From NCBI GenBank assembly GCA_965112155.1, contig OZ218100.1: a stretch of DNA of 64,000 nt. One strand, 5' to 3'. The notes beneath the pieces are model-generated. The model ran no database searches, was not told the DNA's origin, and saw only the letters and a list, made by a program, of their open reading frames with translations. This DNA comes from Podarcis liolepis. Its lineage: Eukaryota. Position 1 is the first letter of the stretch, and every line of letters starts with the position of its first letter. This document shows positions 12,128 through 24,174 of the stretch, in pieces. The position numbers were made by a program, and so were the translations under genes.

Positions 12128-12315
12128 ACCAGCATGGAGTAGTAGTCAGAGTGTTGGACTAGGACCAGAGAGACCAGGGTTCAAATCTGCCCTTGGCCAT
12201 GAAGCTCATTGGGTGACCTTGGGCTAGTCACTCTCATTCTAACCTACCTCACAGGGTTATTGTGTCAGTCACTTTGAGCTTTATGGAGAAAAGGGTGGGA
12301 TATGAATGCAATAAT
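12128..12315 (+). mobile_element. tRNA-derived SINE (Squam3/MIR-like)
   Basis: A-box-like tggagtagtagtcagagtg and B-box ggttcaaatc, then gccatgaagctcattgggtgaccttggg...aacctacctcacaggg and an AT-rich tail. Confidence 0.75.
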
Positions 12316-12599
12316 ATTATAGGAGTGAGTGCCTGCTTTCTGCCTCCACTGATTCTCTACTTGCATATTACAAGGATTGCCACTTGATTGTAATAAAACC
12401 TCAAAGTGATTCATGAAAAGTATAAAAATAATACAATTATCATTGAACAAGCCACTTAAAAACAAGTATTTAAAACATTAAAAAAATTTAAAACCAATAA
12501 TAAGCTAAAACCAGATTAAAACATATAACAGCTTCTACACGTCTCCATAGGCTTGCCTAAAGATATTTTCAGTAGGTGCCAAAAAGAATTTGTTATATT

Positions 12600-12730
12600 T
12601 TCTACTCACAACAAAGTTGTGAAGATAGTTTACGTCAATAGTGTAACTGGCCCAAGACCAACTGGGGAGCTTCATGAGAGACAAAGGATTTGAAGAATAG
12701 CCTCTCTGGTCCAAATTTACCACACTATAC
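12600..12730 (-). mobile_element. tRNA-derived SINE, decayed, same family
   Basis: Reverse complement matches the 12128 element (gagcttcatg, ggatttgaa, ctctctggtccaa, accacactata). Confidence 0.55.
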
Positions 12731-13563
12731 TGGGTCTTTTGGAAGAGGACTGTTGGCTGCATCTTGATTCCTACATGAGCAAGTCTTAAATGAATAGTTG
12801 ATCCTCTGCAAAGACCAATATGCCATATTTTGCTCTGTTTCCCCATTTCATTCATGTTCATCTATCTTCATATACACTATGTTGCTACATGATATTTCTG
12901 TTATGTTTTGAAATGTTAAGCTATTTCCAGAGACATTTAGAGCAATTTATTAAGAGCTAAACAATCAAGCCTTCCTAAGCTGTCACGCATGAACTGGGAA
13001 AAGGAAGGGAAAGCACCCATAATCTTGCAGATGTTAATAAGAATTATTCTTTTCGAGCACTCCAAAGGCAACACAATTTGTTTTTATGGGTTGTTAATAG
13101 CTTTAAGGAAAGTAGAGTAGTCGAGAAGAGGGTGGGCTGGAGAATAGGCAAGCAACTGAAATTGTTTGTTGGCATTTCTCCTTGTGCTATGCTGATCCAG
13201 TTGCCAAAGACTGTGAAGCTGAAAAATGACAGATTAAAACTTAAAATAAATTATGATTATTCAAAAGTTCCACCATGCTCCTCCTAAAAGAACAAATTCC
13301 TATATATTTAAAAACTGTCAGTCAGTTCCTTTGTCTTCTGAGGAGATTACTGGGAAAATGCCCAGTCAGTCTAAATCTGAATCCCTTGATTACTCTATTT
13401 ATTGTTTGTGTAGCTCATTAAATGTGCAGAATTTTTATTCTCACAGCAAGCTAGTGGAGTACGTCAAGGCTACAACAGAAAAGCTGAAGCTCAGAGAAGC
13501 CATCTCCAAAGGATGGGAGTGGGGTCCTTTTTTTGCTTTTCAGATTTTTGTCATGCAAATGGT

Positions 13564-13697
13564 NNNNNNNNNNNNNNNNNNNNNNNNNNNNNNNNNNNNN
13601 NNNNNNNNNNNNNNNNNNNNNNNNNNNNNNNNNNNNNNNNNNNNNNNNNNNNNNNNNNNNNNNNNNNNNNNNNNNNNNNNNNNNNNNNNNNNNNNNN
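13564..13697. other. Assembly gap (134 N)
   Basis: Run of N. Confidence 1.
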
Positions 13698-15306
13698 CCT
13701 GCTTTTCATTTGCACCATGATCACACATGGTAAATGAATGGCACATCAGACGTTGATGCACACATTTAGTGATTTATATGTGAAAAATTCTCGTAATGTT
13801 TTTGGGAGGTAGCTAGCAGGTTCAGTACAGGCAAAAGGATACATTTCTTCAGATGGCACATAATTAACTTATGGAGTTCACCTCTGAAAGCCACTAGCCT
13901 AAAAGGCTTTTTAAAAGCCTTGATACATTTCAAAATGGATTCCATCATGTAGGAGAATAGGTCTCTTAATGGTTACTGACATTATATCCAAAGATAGTGA
14001 ATACCTCTAATTGCCAGATTATAAGGACAGACAAGGTGTAAACATCACTTTTGTTTGTTTGTGAACATTTAAAGGCATCTTCCAGGCTACTGTTGGAAAT
14101 GGAATGGATGTTGATCAGAGCTAGTAAAGTAATCCTTATTAATACATATGTATTTATTTATTACATCTATAGGTAGCCCAAGGACCAAATTTCTCTTTAC
14201 ACTAAATGTAGGGTGTGCACTTGCATGTCAAATTTTTCCCTACGTCCTTTTTGAAAGTAGTAATCAACTGTATCTCAGGCTTATCTGAATTAATTTTATT
14301 TGCTCTGATCCATTCCCGAACTGCCTTAAGTCACTAGTTTGTCATCTCCACTGTCTCTCTGGATTTAGTAGATGGGAATGGTATGTAGAGTTATATGCCT
14401 GTAGATGACACATTAGCCAACCCCTCCAGATGACCTCTCCTAGTAGTTTTCATGTAGATGTTAAAATGCATGAAAGACCAGATGGAACCCAGCAATACCC
14501 CACAAGCTAGTGGTCATGGGATCAGATAGCACAACTTTGGGCAATCCTCCCCTCCCCCAGGAGGCCTCCCCACACCTTGGACTCAGCTAGACTGGTAAAG
14601 AAAAAGCAATTTATGTGTTGCATGTGTAATATAACATTGTGTCACCAGATGGTACTGTGGAGTCCCATTTTTCTGTACCTGTTTTCTCTGTTTAAATTTA
14701 CAACACATTTAACTGAAACGCTTCTTTGATGTGTCTAGCTTCCATCCCTTATCTCATATACTTTAGGAGCCCCCTGCCATGCCATAGAGACCTTTCAGAG
14801 GGCACAGGAGACAGCAAGTGAGCTTTCCTTCTTCGTGTACTTTCTTTGGTTTACTTATCTTAGGATCCAAACTTTATAACAAATTCTTCATTATTCTTCT
14901 TATTTATTTTTGGGTTATAAGAAGAACCACACAATCTCTCGCTTATTTACTGATTCATTCTTTCTTAAGCTGTTGATTCGTATACCTGTGCGGTGTGTAC
15001 ACTTACGCTGTCCATAATCTATAACAGAAAATTTACCTCCTAGTGTTTGCTTTTATAACACTAATCCATCAAGGGATATTAAGTTAAAGGGTGTGGGGTG
15101 AGGGTGGGAATCAGATTCTATTTATGTCCAATAAACACACTGCCACATGAATCTTATTTCATTCACTTTCTAAACCTTTACATTTTATGGTGTGTTTTAT
15201 GTATATCTGATTTTTAAAGGGATGAGAGTGAAAAACAGGTTTTGGAGTGGAGAAACTGCTGCATAAAAGGAGTGGGCTTTGGGATATTATTAAAATCTCT
15301 GATTTG

Positions 15307-15483
15307 CAGTGCTTTTTTCCTTTAAAAAATGATTAGGGTTACTCTCATTTTGACTCAAGAAAATCACCATTTTATAGTTCAAATCGTAAAAAATAAATAC
15401 AGTAAATGGACAAAAGTACAAAGATTCACAAATTGTTTAGGGGTATGCGTACCCCTGCATCCCCCCCCCCGAAAAAAGCACTG
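15307..15483. mobile_element. Non-autonomous hAT MITE
   Basis: TIRs CAGTGCTTTTTT / AAAAAAGCACTG. Perfect 8-bp TSD CTGATTTG (15299-15306, 15484-15491). Confidence 0.9.
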
Positions 15484-15548
15484 CTGATTTGTATACAAGA
15501 AAAATAGTGTTATGGGTTGTGGGGGTAGGTAGATAAACTGTATGCTTG

Positions 15549-15617
15549 TTGTTGTTGTTTAGTCGTTTAGTCGTGTCCGACTCTTCGTGACTCCATGGAT
15601 CAGAACACACCAGGCAT
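15549..15617 (-). mobile_element. BovB (RTE) LINE extreme 3' end
   Basis: Reverse strand ...tcacgaagagtcggacacgactaaacgactaaacaacaacaa is the BovB 3' terminus with a (CAA)n tail. 10-bp TSD TGTATGCTTG (15539-15548, 15618-15627). Confidence 0.85.
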
Positions 15618-15713
15618 TGTATGCTTGAGTGCCTTCTATTTCCTGCATCCAACAGGATTCAATTGCTGCAATAGCCAGGCAAGTTTCCTGGTAATGGCCC
15701 ACTAATTATGGGC

Positions 15714-16075
15714 TGTTAAGATAACATAGGAAGCGGCTCTGTCCCAGAGGACAAATGGGTGGGTCTCCCTCCCTCTGCTGTCTGTTCTTTGGAAAAACAA
15801 AAGCCAGAGTGGAGTTGTGTGAGATAAGTAGAAGCAAGAAGCAAGCTGGGCAGCTGAGAGATGGAGCCATGCCTGATTTCTGCTGGGATCTAAGGCTGTG
15901 GCTATGGGAGAGGCAATACCTTATTGGGATGTTAATGCTATGAGCCCTTCCACTTAGGTTAGGCTTGGGTTGTGTATATGTGTAAATAAACCATCTACAA
16001 TAAATACACCACAATCTCTGCTGTCCCTCATTCCAAGGAAACCAAACCCTGGCATTTCTCGGAGATCGGCTTGTA
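15714..16075 (+). mobile_element. LTR-like interspersed repeat, copy 1
   Basis: Starts TGTT, has AATAAA at 15985-15990, and is colinear with 37150-37480 (aaggctgtggctatgggag; gttaatgct; tgtgtaaataaaccat; cacaatctc..ctgt.cctcatt). Confidence 0.55.
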
Positions 16076-17635
16076 TTTTCTCCATTTATTAGCAAGTAAA
16101 GTTCTTTAACAATTCTTCCATTGAACACCATATTATTGTTTCATTACTTCAATGCAACTTGTGTGATTACTAATGCTTGGTGACTCGGCAATTTCTTTCA
16201 TGTGATTTGTTGTGAGCTTGCTTGTTCTATCCATGGTATCATGAATAAACTCCTGGGTGATTCAGAAGTACATGTGCAGAAAGTAGTTCCTCTGATCTTG
16301 TTGACTCTAAATGAATATTGTTTTTATATACATATGACAAAAATTCTTTCCATTTTGATATTTTATTTAAAAAACAAATTACCTTTTCATACAGCACATT
16401 TTTAGATTATTTCCAGACATGTAGGATGTGAAGAATGAAGACAAGGTTAAGTGGCTCTTCATACAATAAAAGTGATTTGTTATAAAGAACACTATAATTA
16501 AGTAGAGGATAAATGGTAGAGAAAGGTAAGAGGTGGGAATTTTGTGGATTAATGGCCGCTAACTAGTTCTTTAGTCAAAAAACCATTTAGCTGATTACAT
16601 CAAGGGTGAGTGTTTGAAACCTTCATAATCGCAGGATAAATATTTCTTGATCTGTCATCTGCCTATCATATTCTGAAATGCTGGCATGCTTAATGAAATT
16701 GGCAAGAAGTGTGAGGAACAGATCATTGCTCCAGAACTTCTATTCTCTGCTGAAGAATGCATCTCTTTGCTGAGATGCAAGGTCTGAAGTGCTAGTGTTG
16801 CTAATAGAATTGCTTTCCAGAGGGCTTTGTGCTGTCACATATACTTCACATGTACAGAAATGATCGGCTGGAATGCCTGCCATGAGGGATTATTTTTGTA
16901 GCACAACTCAATGAGCAATATTTTTGGACATAGTAATTTGTTGTGGAGACTATTTGGTTGTGCATGGTCCTTGGGCATTAGTTCTAGTAAGGACCAATTG
17001 TGAGGTTTTCATTGGAAAAATCATCAGACCAAGCAGAAAGTGGGTCTCAAGAGATCATGCAATACCTGAATGCTGTGAAAATCCAGTGGACCTTGGAATT
17101 ACACTAGATTGTAAATTAACTTTTATAGAACAACTTCTGATGTAGGGGGGAAATGACCAAGAAAAATAAAGGAAATAAATTGCATTTCAACGGGACAGTA
17201 TGTGGGCATTGGTTCACTATTGCTATCGTCAATGTGGCATTTAGATTACCTCCAAGCCTGGGTTCTCTGAGGCATTCACCCCCAAGTACATGTGGCAATT
17301 GACAGGACTTAACAAACAGTATTTCTCTCAAGTTTGCTCACATTTCACGAAGCCCATATCAGTGTAAGGTCAGCACATCAGCAATCATGGCAGATACGCG
17401 GGGGCAATTAACAGGTGGCTGCTCACAGCTCCACTCTCACCTGAGCTGAGCATGTAAGGGACTCAACAGGCAGTTTCTGCTCACAGCTGGAAAACGTGTT
17501 GTCAAATGACTGGAATTTATTTATTGAATGTACTCTCTAAGTGTACTTCCAGGTTTGTTCATGCAACTGATTGTAGCCAATCATAGTTTTTGCTAAACGT
17601 AGTGGAAAGCACTCATACTTGTGTAGATCTAGATA

Positions 17636-17894
17636 CACTGGTGGAGGAAAGTCCTAGGGGGGTGCAGTAGGTGCTGTCTGCCCCGGGTGTCATCCCTGAG
17701 GGGGGTGACATTGCTGTGCCGCCCCCTGGGCTGCTCACCGCTCATGTTACCCCCCTGGGCCGCTCGCGGCACACACCCAGGGACACTCTCAGCTCTCCGT
17801 GGGTGGCTAGCCCCCCCACGGGCAGTTAGCCCCACCCCCTGGGTGCACAGCATGTGTGCCGCTCCAGGTGCCAGAGCACCTACCTCCGCCTCTG
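17636..17894. mobile_element. GC-rich non-autonomous hAT MITE
   Basis: Imperfect TIRs CACTGGTGGAGG / CCTCCGCCTCTG. Perfect 8-bp TSD TCTAGATA (17628-17635, 17895-17902). Confidence 0.85.
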
Positions 17895-18184
17895 TCTAGA
17901 TACCCAATTTTAGCCAATCTCCCTACCTGCTTAAGATTCTAAGACTCAAGGGTTGTGACGGAACAGAACAGAATGTGCCACAGAAGGCTTTGTGGCTAAG
18001 GGGAATCAGCTAAAGCCACCATTGACTGCAACCCAATGATTAGTTTCCTTGACCATATCTTTTCTTTAATTTTCAAAGGGTTAGTACAGTTTGGCTGGCA
18101 CTGGAGAAAAAAGTACTGTTGATTGTATGTACGGTATTTGTTTGGTGTCTGTTTACAGTGCTTTGTCGCTAGGACTTTATTTTC

Positions 18185-18365
18185 ATTTCGTTATCACATT
18201 TCTTCCAAGCAGCTCGTGGCTGCATACATGGACATCCCCACAACAACAAACCTGTGAGGCAGGTCACACTGAGAGAGAGTGATCAGTCCATGGTCTCCCA
18301 GCGAGCTTCATCATGGTTGGGTTGGGATTGGCCTCTTCAGCCATTGTCCAACATTATACCACACT
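18185..18365 (-). mobile_element. Old tRNA-derived SINE (Squam3/MIR-like)
   Basis: acaacaaacctgtgaggcagg...ccagcgagcttcat...attataccacac is the reverse complement of the 12128 family. Confidence 0.55.
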
Positions 18366-19327
18366 AATTCTCTGCAGCATCCTTTTTTAATGGCATGATT
18401 TCCCATTATTTCAAAGTCTATTATTTTCTCCCACATTTAATTATAATTGGGATTTCTTTAAAAATATATATTTGGATTGACAACTGGGCTATTTCATTCT
18501 TTGGCCTCATTACAAGCATGGATGCTCCCTTTGTGCATATTCTGATCTTTCTGATTACTATCTTGCTTAAATTTGCTACATTTATGAAATTTAGCATTTG
18601 TATCTCTGTCATGTTTAAAACAGTACCTGCGAATTTTAAATGTAGCTTTATTATGACAGATCCTTTTGTGCAGTTGGATGACAGTTAATTAAACGGGGAC
18701 AATAGCAGCAGGAGGAGACAGGCTCCTACGTTTAATGAGAGAAACAAAGGAACAGCCAGAGACATGGATGAATGATTATTTAGTTCACTGGCAATGCCAG
18801 TTAGGATCATGGCCCCATAGTGAAAAGCGTTCCCTGCTTATATGTGACAAATGCAAGAGGATTTGCTAGCATGCACCTCAGTCCTAGCTGGTGGGGGGGG
18901 GCTCTCTTATGCCAAGCTCCCTATAGGGGCCATACACAAAAGCAGCAGGGTAACAAGTGGTGGGGGAACTTCTTTCTTTCTTCCTTTCTTGATCATGGAT
19001 CTCAAAATAGCAGTACTTTCATCTTTGGGCCAGTCCTATTCAAATGAGTAAGGACAATTGAACAAGCAGCAAAGCTTCGCTCAGCAGATTCAAAAGAATT
19101 TTCTGCACAAAGAACAAAAAATGAACGGCTTCCTGATGAAGGAAAACAAACGAGTCTTTCCCCTTTCTCAAGCAGAAAACTTGTGATACATCTTCCCTCA
19201 AGAAGTCTGGAAGTATACTTAGCTAACTATCAACTTAAATACCAGAAATGTCATAGCTCCCTGCAAAGAATTATGGAAAGTGTATTTTGGTGAAGATGCT
19301 GAGAATAAGGGGAAATAAGAGAATAAG

Positions 19328-19615
19328 AACAAGCTTTTTTTCTCTTGCTCTGGATGGTAGGGCTCGAACCAATAGCTTCAAGTTATAAGAAAGGAGATTC
19401 CAACTAGACATCAGGAAGAACTTTCTGGCAGTAAGAGATATTTGACAGTGGAACAGACTCCCTTGGGAGCTTGTGGGTTCTCCTTCATTGGATTTTTTAA
19501 AGCAGAGATTGGATGGCGACCTGTCATGGATGTTTAGTTGAGATTCCTGCATTGCAGGAGGTTGGACAAGATGACCCCCAGGGACCCTTCCAACTCTGCA
19601 ATTCTATGATTCTAT
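19328..19615 (+). mobile_element. CR1 LINE 3' fragment
   Basis: CR1 ORF2 C-terminal DNA (ctagacatcaggaagaactttct...cagtggaacagactccct) plus 3' end cccttccaactctgcaattctatgattctat. Confidence 0.92.
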
Positions 19616-21194
19616 AGTTTCCAAGGGTACCTAAAGAGAGAGAAAATTAAACCAGTTTCTGTAGTGTAGGTGGCTCTAATTTCTTCCATTGAATCCAGGT
19701 GTCTTCCCTGAAATGCTTCTGTTGTAGAAATATCAACATCTCCAAGCATGGAAGCAGAAACCTCTCTCAACTGCAAATTTTCTACCAATGGCAGTTCATA
19801 TATTTGTTCATTGTTGAGCACTGGTGCATGTCACCACCAGCAGACCTGTGGCTGCAAAGTGATGAGTTAATAATTATGCCTTGATTATACCACAACCTTT
19901 CATCTGCTAACTTGCATTCTATCCCTGGCAGGTCTTCTGCCAACATTCCTTCAGTGCTGCACCTCCTCTTTTTCCTTCATTGTTATGATTTTATGTTGTG
20001 CTTTTCAGCTCTCAAAAAGGATTTAAATATTTCATTAATTTCATTGATTGGCATCTGATTTGTACAGCTGAGATCTTAGACAGAAAGAGCTTAGAAGCCT
20101 TGGCTGCTTTATAAAATTCTCCCACAAATCTTTGTTTCTCTCTGGAACTATCTTTTAACCACAGCTCAGTAGCAACTCCCTTCATCTATCCCAGGGATGG
20201 GGGAACCTGTGGCCTCCAGACGGGACTCTTAATTCTCATTGGCCTCAGCCAGCATCAGCTTGACCAATGGCCAGGAATGATGGAACTTGTAGTCCAGCAA
20301 TATCTAGAGGATCACATGTTCTTTGTATCTGATCTAGGCTGATATTGAACACAAATGTTGGGCTATCATGGCTATATAGCAAAAAATGGGTTACTGAGAA
20401 ATAAATATGAAATATCAGCATGCTCAGGTAAACCACTAAAACAACTCATTGAGGACTGCATTTGCTCAGGGACTACAGAACATTAGATGATGGTGTGATA
20501 GAATGTGGTATTATGAAACAATGAATGAGTGGTCCACCTTGCAGCATTTTGTTGCAGGTTAATCCCACTTGTCCTTTTTTGTCAGCCACTTAATCCCCTC
20601 CTCTGCCTTTCCATTAACCCTGCATCAGACCCTACCATAATTTATTTCTGCTATATTCTCTACCCAGCATTGTTAGCCTTCGTTTCAGCTGACTGTTCTC
20701 TCCAACTCACACGTTGCTGTTTTTGCTGCTAGGCTCCTAATTTCAGATATCTACCATCGGCTTCTGAAATGAGACCTGCTTCAAGCTATACTGCCTGTAG
20801 GTTTTGTACACTTCTGATTTAGTATTATTGTGAATCCCCATGTGTCTTTCTCCATGGAACATCCAAGATGACAAGACAAGCGGCTGAGGATCAGCAGACA
20901 GGGCACTTTGGGTTATGGGGCAGGGTATGCTCTTCCTCTTTGAAGTTTTCCGTATCTGCTCCCTTTAATTCTAGCTCATACATCAAAGGGCATCTATGAA
21001 ATTATAATGAGCTAGCTGGAAAGGGAAAGAACAGGAGTGCAAGAGTGCAGGGAAATGAGTCAATGTTCCAGGATAATTATTTAAATAAAATTGTTGCCCT
21101 GTAGGCTGTAAATTAAAGAGCATATTAGCATAGTGTACATTCTATTTAAGATTTTTTTTTGGTGTGCTTCTGACTGCAGTACACCACTGCTGCA

Positions 21195-21590
21195 TTTGCA
21201 CGTAATAATAAGCTAAAGACCTTGAGTTAATAAATCATACTGTGCGCAAGCTGTATGCTGGTGCACGCAGCCCACCCCTCCAGCTTCACTCAGGTAGGCA
21301 AATCAGGAAACAGAGAGTTTAGCATTCCTTCTGAGACCAGGATTGTTGTTTGTTTCTATCTAACATATCAGGACTACTAGCCAGCCTCTAACCAAGTTTT
21401 GATGTTGGTTTACATATCTTGGCTTGTAAAGGCGAAACAATCCATGATCCTGTATTTGGATATCATACTAAGCTCTCTTCTTCCTGGCTCATATACTCAC
21501 TCATGCAAAAGGAAGGAGTGAAGCAGAAGTGATTGGGCTGCGTGCACAGTATAGATTATTAAGCCAAGCTTCTTGGTTTACTATTTTGTG
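21195..21590. mobile_element. Old MITE with long degenerate TIRs
   Basis: ttaataaatcatactgtgcgcaagc (~21227) is inverted relative to gctgcgtgcacagtatagattattaa (~21537). The outer arms are also complementary. Confidence 0.55.
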
Positions 21591-21802
21591 TGGGTCTACA
21601 TACACATCTGTGCCTGTCCGCAATCTGTAAAAGGAATGGCTGGGCACATTATGGTGAGAAAGCAGTAACACTAAACACCCATCCTGCTGGAGAATGTTAG
21701 CTAGAGGCAGGTATGGACCCTTTTCGATATACCTGACTTTGCCATCCTTCTAAATTTAGAACACCAAATTGTCTGTTTTCTTCTCTAAATCCCTTTTTCT
21801 AA

Positions 21803-21891
21803 TGGATTCTGTAGTTGAGATTCCTGCATTGAAGGCGATTGGACTAGATGGCCCTCAAGGTGCCTTCCAACTCTACAACTCAATTATTCTA
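21803..21891 (+). mobile_element. CR1-type 3' end fragment
   Basis: gagattcctgcattg...ttggactagatggccctc...ccttccaactctac. Confidence 0.8.
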
Positions 21892-22557
21892 ATTCCACCT
21901 CCTTCGGCAGGTGATTGCTGTGACACTTATGGATGCATGAACACATTACTATTAAAGATTATCATAAAAGGTAATGGTTAGTAACCATCATGCCTTTCAC
22001 TTGTCAAAAATTGCCAGATCATTAATACTAAGATAATATATTAATTAGCCAGAGACTTTAATGGGGGGAAAACTTAGCCGCACTAATCCTTTTATTACTA
22101 AAACCACCTGAAGGAAATATAACAAATGGCATGCAATTAAAATAGGTACCCTTCAGTTACTTGAGATTTCCCTCTTTTTCTCTTAGATTTTATACACACA
22201 CACACACACACAAAATCAGTGCATTTCTGTCCAACAAGACATTGGGTAGGATCTGAAGAGCTATATGTACTTCCACAGTAAAGGAGTTTACACAATGTCT
22301 GCCCATTCTACGATTGGTTCCACACCCTCTGCTCCCCCCCCATTGTCCTATCACAGCCCATAAGTTTGAAAAGCCTCCTTGCCTCACAGAACTCGTTTTA
22401 TCTTTCTTATGTAAATGAGATATTATTAATTTAAATAATACTGATTAAATGTAGCCATAAAAATGACGAAGTGTGTTACAGGGAAATTATGCCACAATTA
22501 GCCAAAATACAAATAGCTGCTGTTTACCCTTTTCCTCATGTTTCTTGCGATAGAATA

Positions 22558-22560
<3 letters not shown>

Positions 22561-22597
<37 letters not shown>
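22561..22597. repeat. (TG)18 microsatellite
   Basis: Direct reading. Other dinucleotide tracts at 22193-22212 (AC) and 23354-23377 (GT). Confidence 0.97.
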
Positions 22598-22599
<2 letters not shown>

Positions 22600-22625
22600 G
22601 TAATACAGTATTTTGTTTTATGCAG

Positions 22626-22719
22626 TGTTACCTGATGTCTAAGAGACTATGGTTGAATGCAGCTCTTTAGCAAAATCATGTGACAGCATCTTTCTGCAAT
22701 TTCCCACTTTACACTACAG
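22626..22719 (+). other. Candidate 94-nt non-coding / poison exon
   Basis: Acceptor ttttgttttatgcag| and consensus donor CAG|GTAAGT. Stops in all three frames. No transcript evidence available. Confidence 0.35.
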
Positions 22720-23458
22720 GTAAGTGGTATTTATTTATTTATTTTTTAAAGAACCCCAACATTTAAATTAATAGATAATAAACATTAGGCAGCTGAGGGA
22801 TAGGTTCTGCCCTTATATGTTATTTTGTATATGCAGAAGAGATTATTTTAAAAATAAATATACCATCCTTAAAACACACCTCCCATATATTTGATGTTAT
22901 ACAGTAAGGAAATAATTCTACCACATGATTTTGGTGAATGCATAGTTTTGCTCTTCAAGCAAAATAATGAAGTGGTTGGAGCACTTGCTTTGTGATGTGG
23001 AAACATCACAGCTTTAGCGGGAAAAGAAACTAGGGGGAGACATGATAGGATCTTAATGAAGCCCTTTGCTTACATCACCCAAAGTTAATAAGAAGATGGG
23101 ATTGCTTGTAGCTACAGTGTAGGCAGCACATGTACATTTTATGTGAAGACAGGCAAAATGATTTCCCCTGAACCAGCCAGCAGAATGTAGGATCAAAGCC
23201 CAGTGAGACTGGAATGATAAGTTCCACATCAAACACAACGCCTCCCATAACTGCTTATGAATTCACCCCTCACACATCTTAAGCTAAACATTGAAATGAA
23301 ATGCTTGGGATATCATTCATGATTTGTCAGAACTGTACAGTCAAATGGTGGAAGTGTGTGTGTGTGTGTGTGTGTGTACACAGGCTGGTTTTTCACAGCA
23401 GTCATTTGATAAGGAAGGAACAGAGAGCAGTTGCAGTCTCTGTGTGTACGCTATAGAC

Positions 23459-23594
23459 CAGACATAGGCAAACTTGGCCCTCCAGATGTTTTGGGACTAC
23501 AACTCCCATCATCCCTGACCACTGGTCCTGTTAGCTAGGGATGATGGGAGTTGTAGACTCAAAACATCAGGAGAGCCAAGTTTACATATGCCTG
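23459..23594. mobile_element. Short palindromic hAT MITE
   Basis: TIRs CAGACATAGGCAAACT / AGTTTACATATGCCTG. Internal palindrome ctacaactcccatcatccct / agggatgatgggagttgtag. TSD CTATAGAC / CCATAGAC. Confidence 0.9.
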
Positions 23595-24174
23595 CCATAG
23601 ACCGACACCAAACTATAACAAATGAGGAATGTGTGGGTGCATTTTACTCAATGCATATGTCAAAGATCTGAGCACGTGCAGAGACCTGACATATTCTGCA
23701 CATACAGAGGTTTTCAGCCATTTTGTTAGGTAGTCTGGGTCCTCATGTCTTGCTCTGGGGCAGAAGAGCCTAAGGACACTCTGGGAGGCAGGAGATCTAA
23801 CCAAAATTGGTGGTCTGCAGACCCCAGGGGTCCATGCATGACACTATTCTCATAACAAAAACTACCATAGAGCTATCATAGTTTTCAAAAGTAGGGGATT
23901 TATGGTTTGGCTTTTGAAAAACAGGTCTGCAGTACTTAGCTAATTGATAATCGTTGGTCTAGACTCTAGAATAATAACAGGAACCAGGTTCAATGGACAG
24001 GCCTGTATGATCACCACAAGCCGAGACAAACAACATTATTATAAGGGTTGGTTCATTTTGCCCCATGTCATTATTGGCCAGTTTGAGGAAGGGGGAACAT
24101 GAAATGCGCTAATGGAGCCCAAAGAGAAATAGTTTACACCGTTTAGCGGTAGGGGTGACAGAGGTAATTTTAGG

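Noticed and set aside
13253-13761. ORFs of 66-155 aa spanning 13.5-13.7 kb
   Set aside because: Lengths are inflated by the 134-N gap.
14641-14662. CTCF-like motif gtcaccagatggtactg
   Set aside because: Mismatches at core positions. A single degenerate motif is expected by chance in 64 kb.
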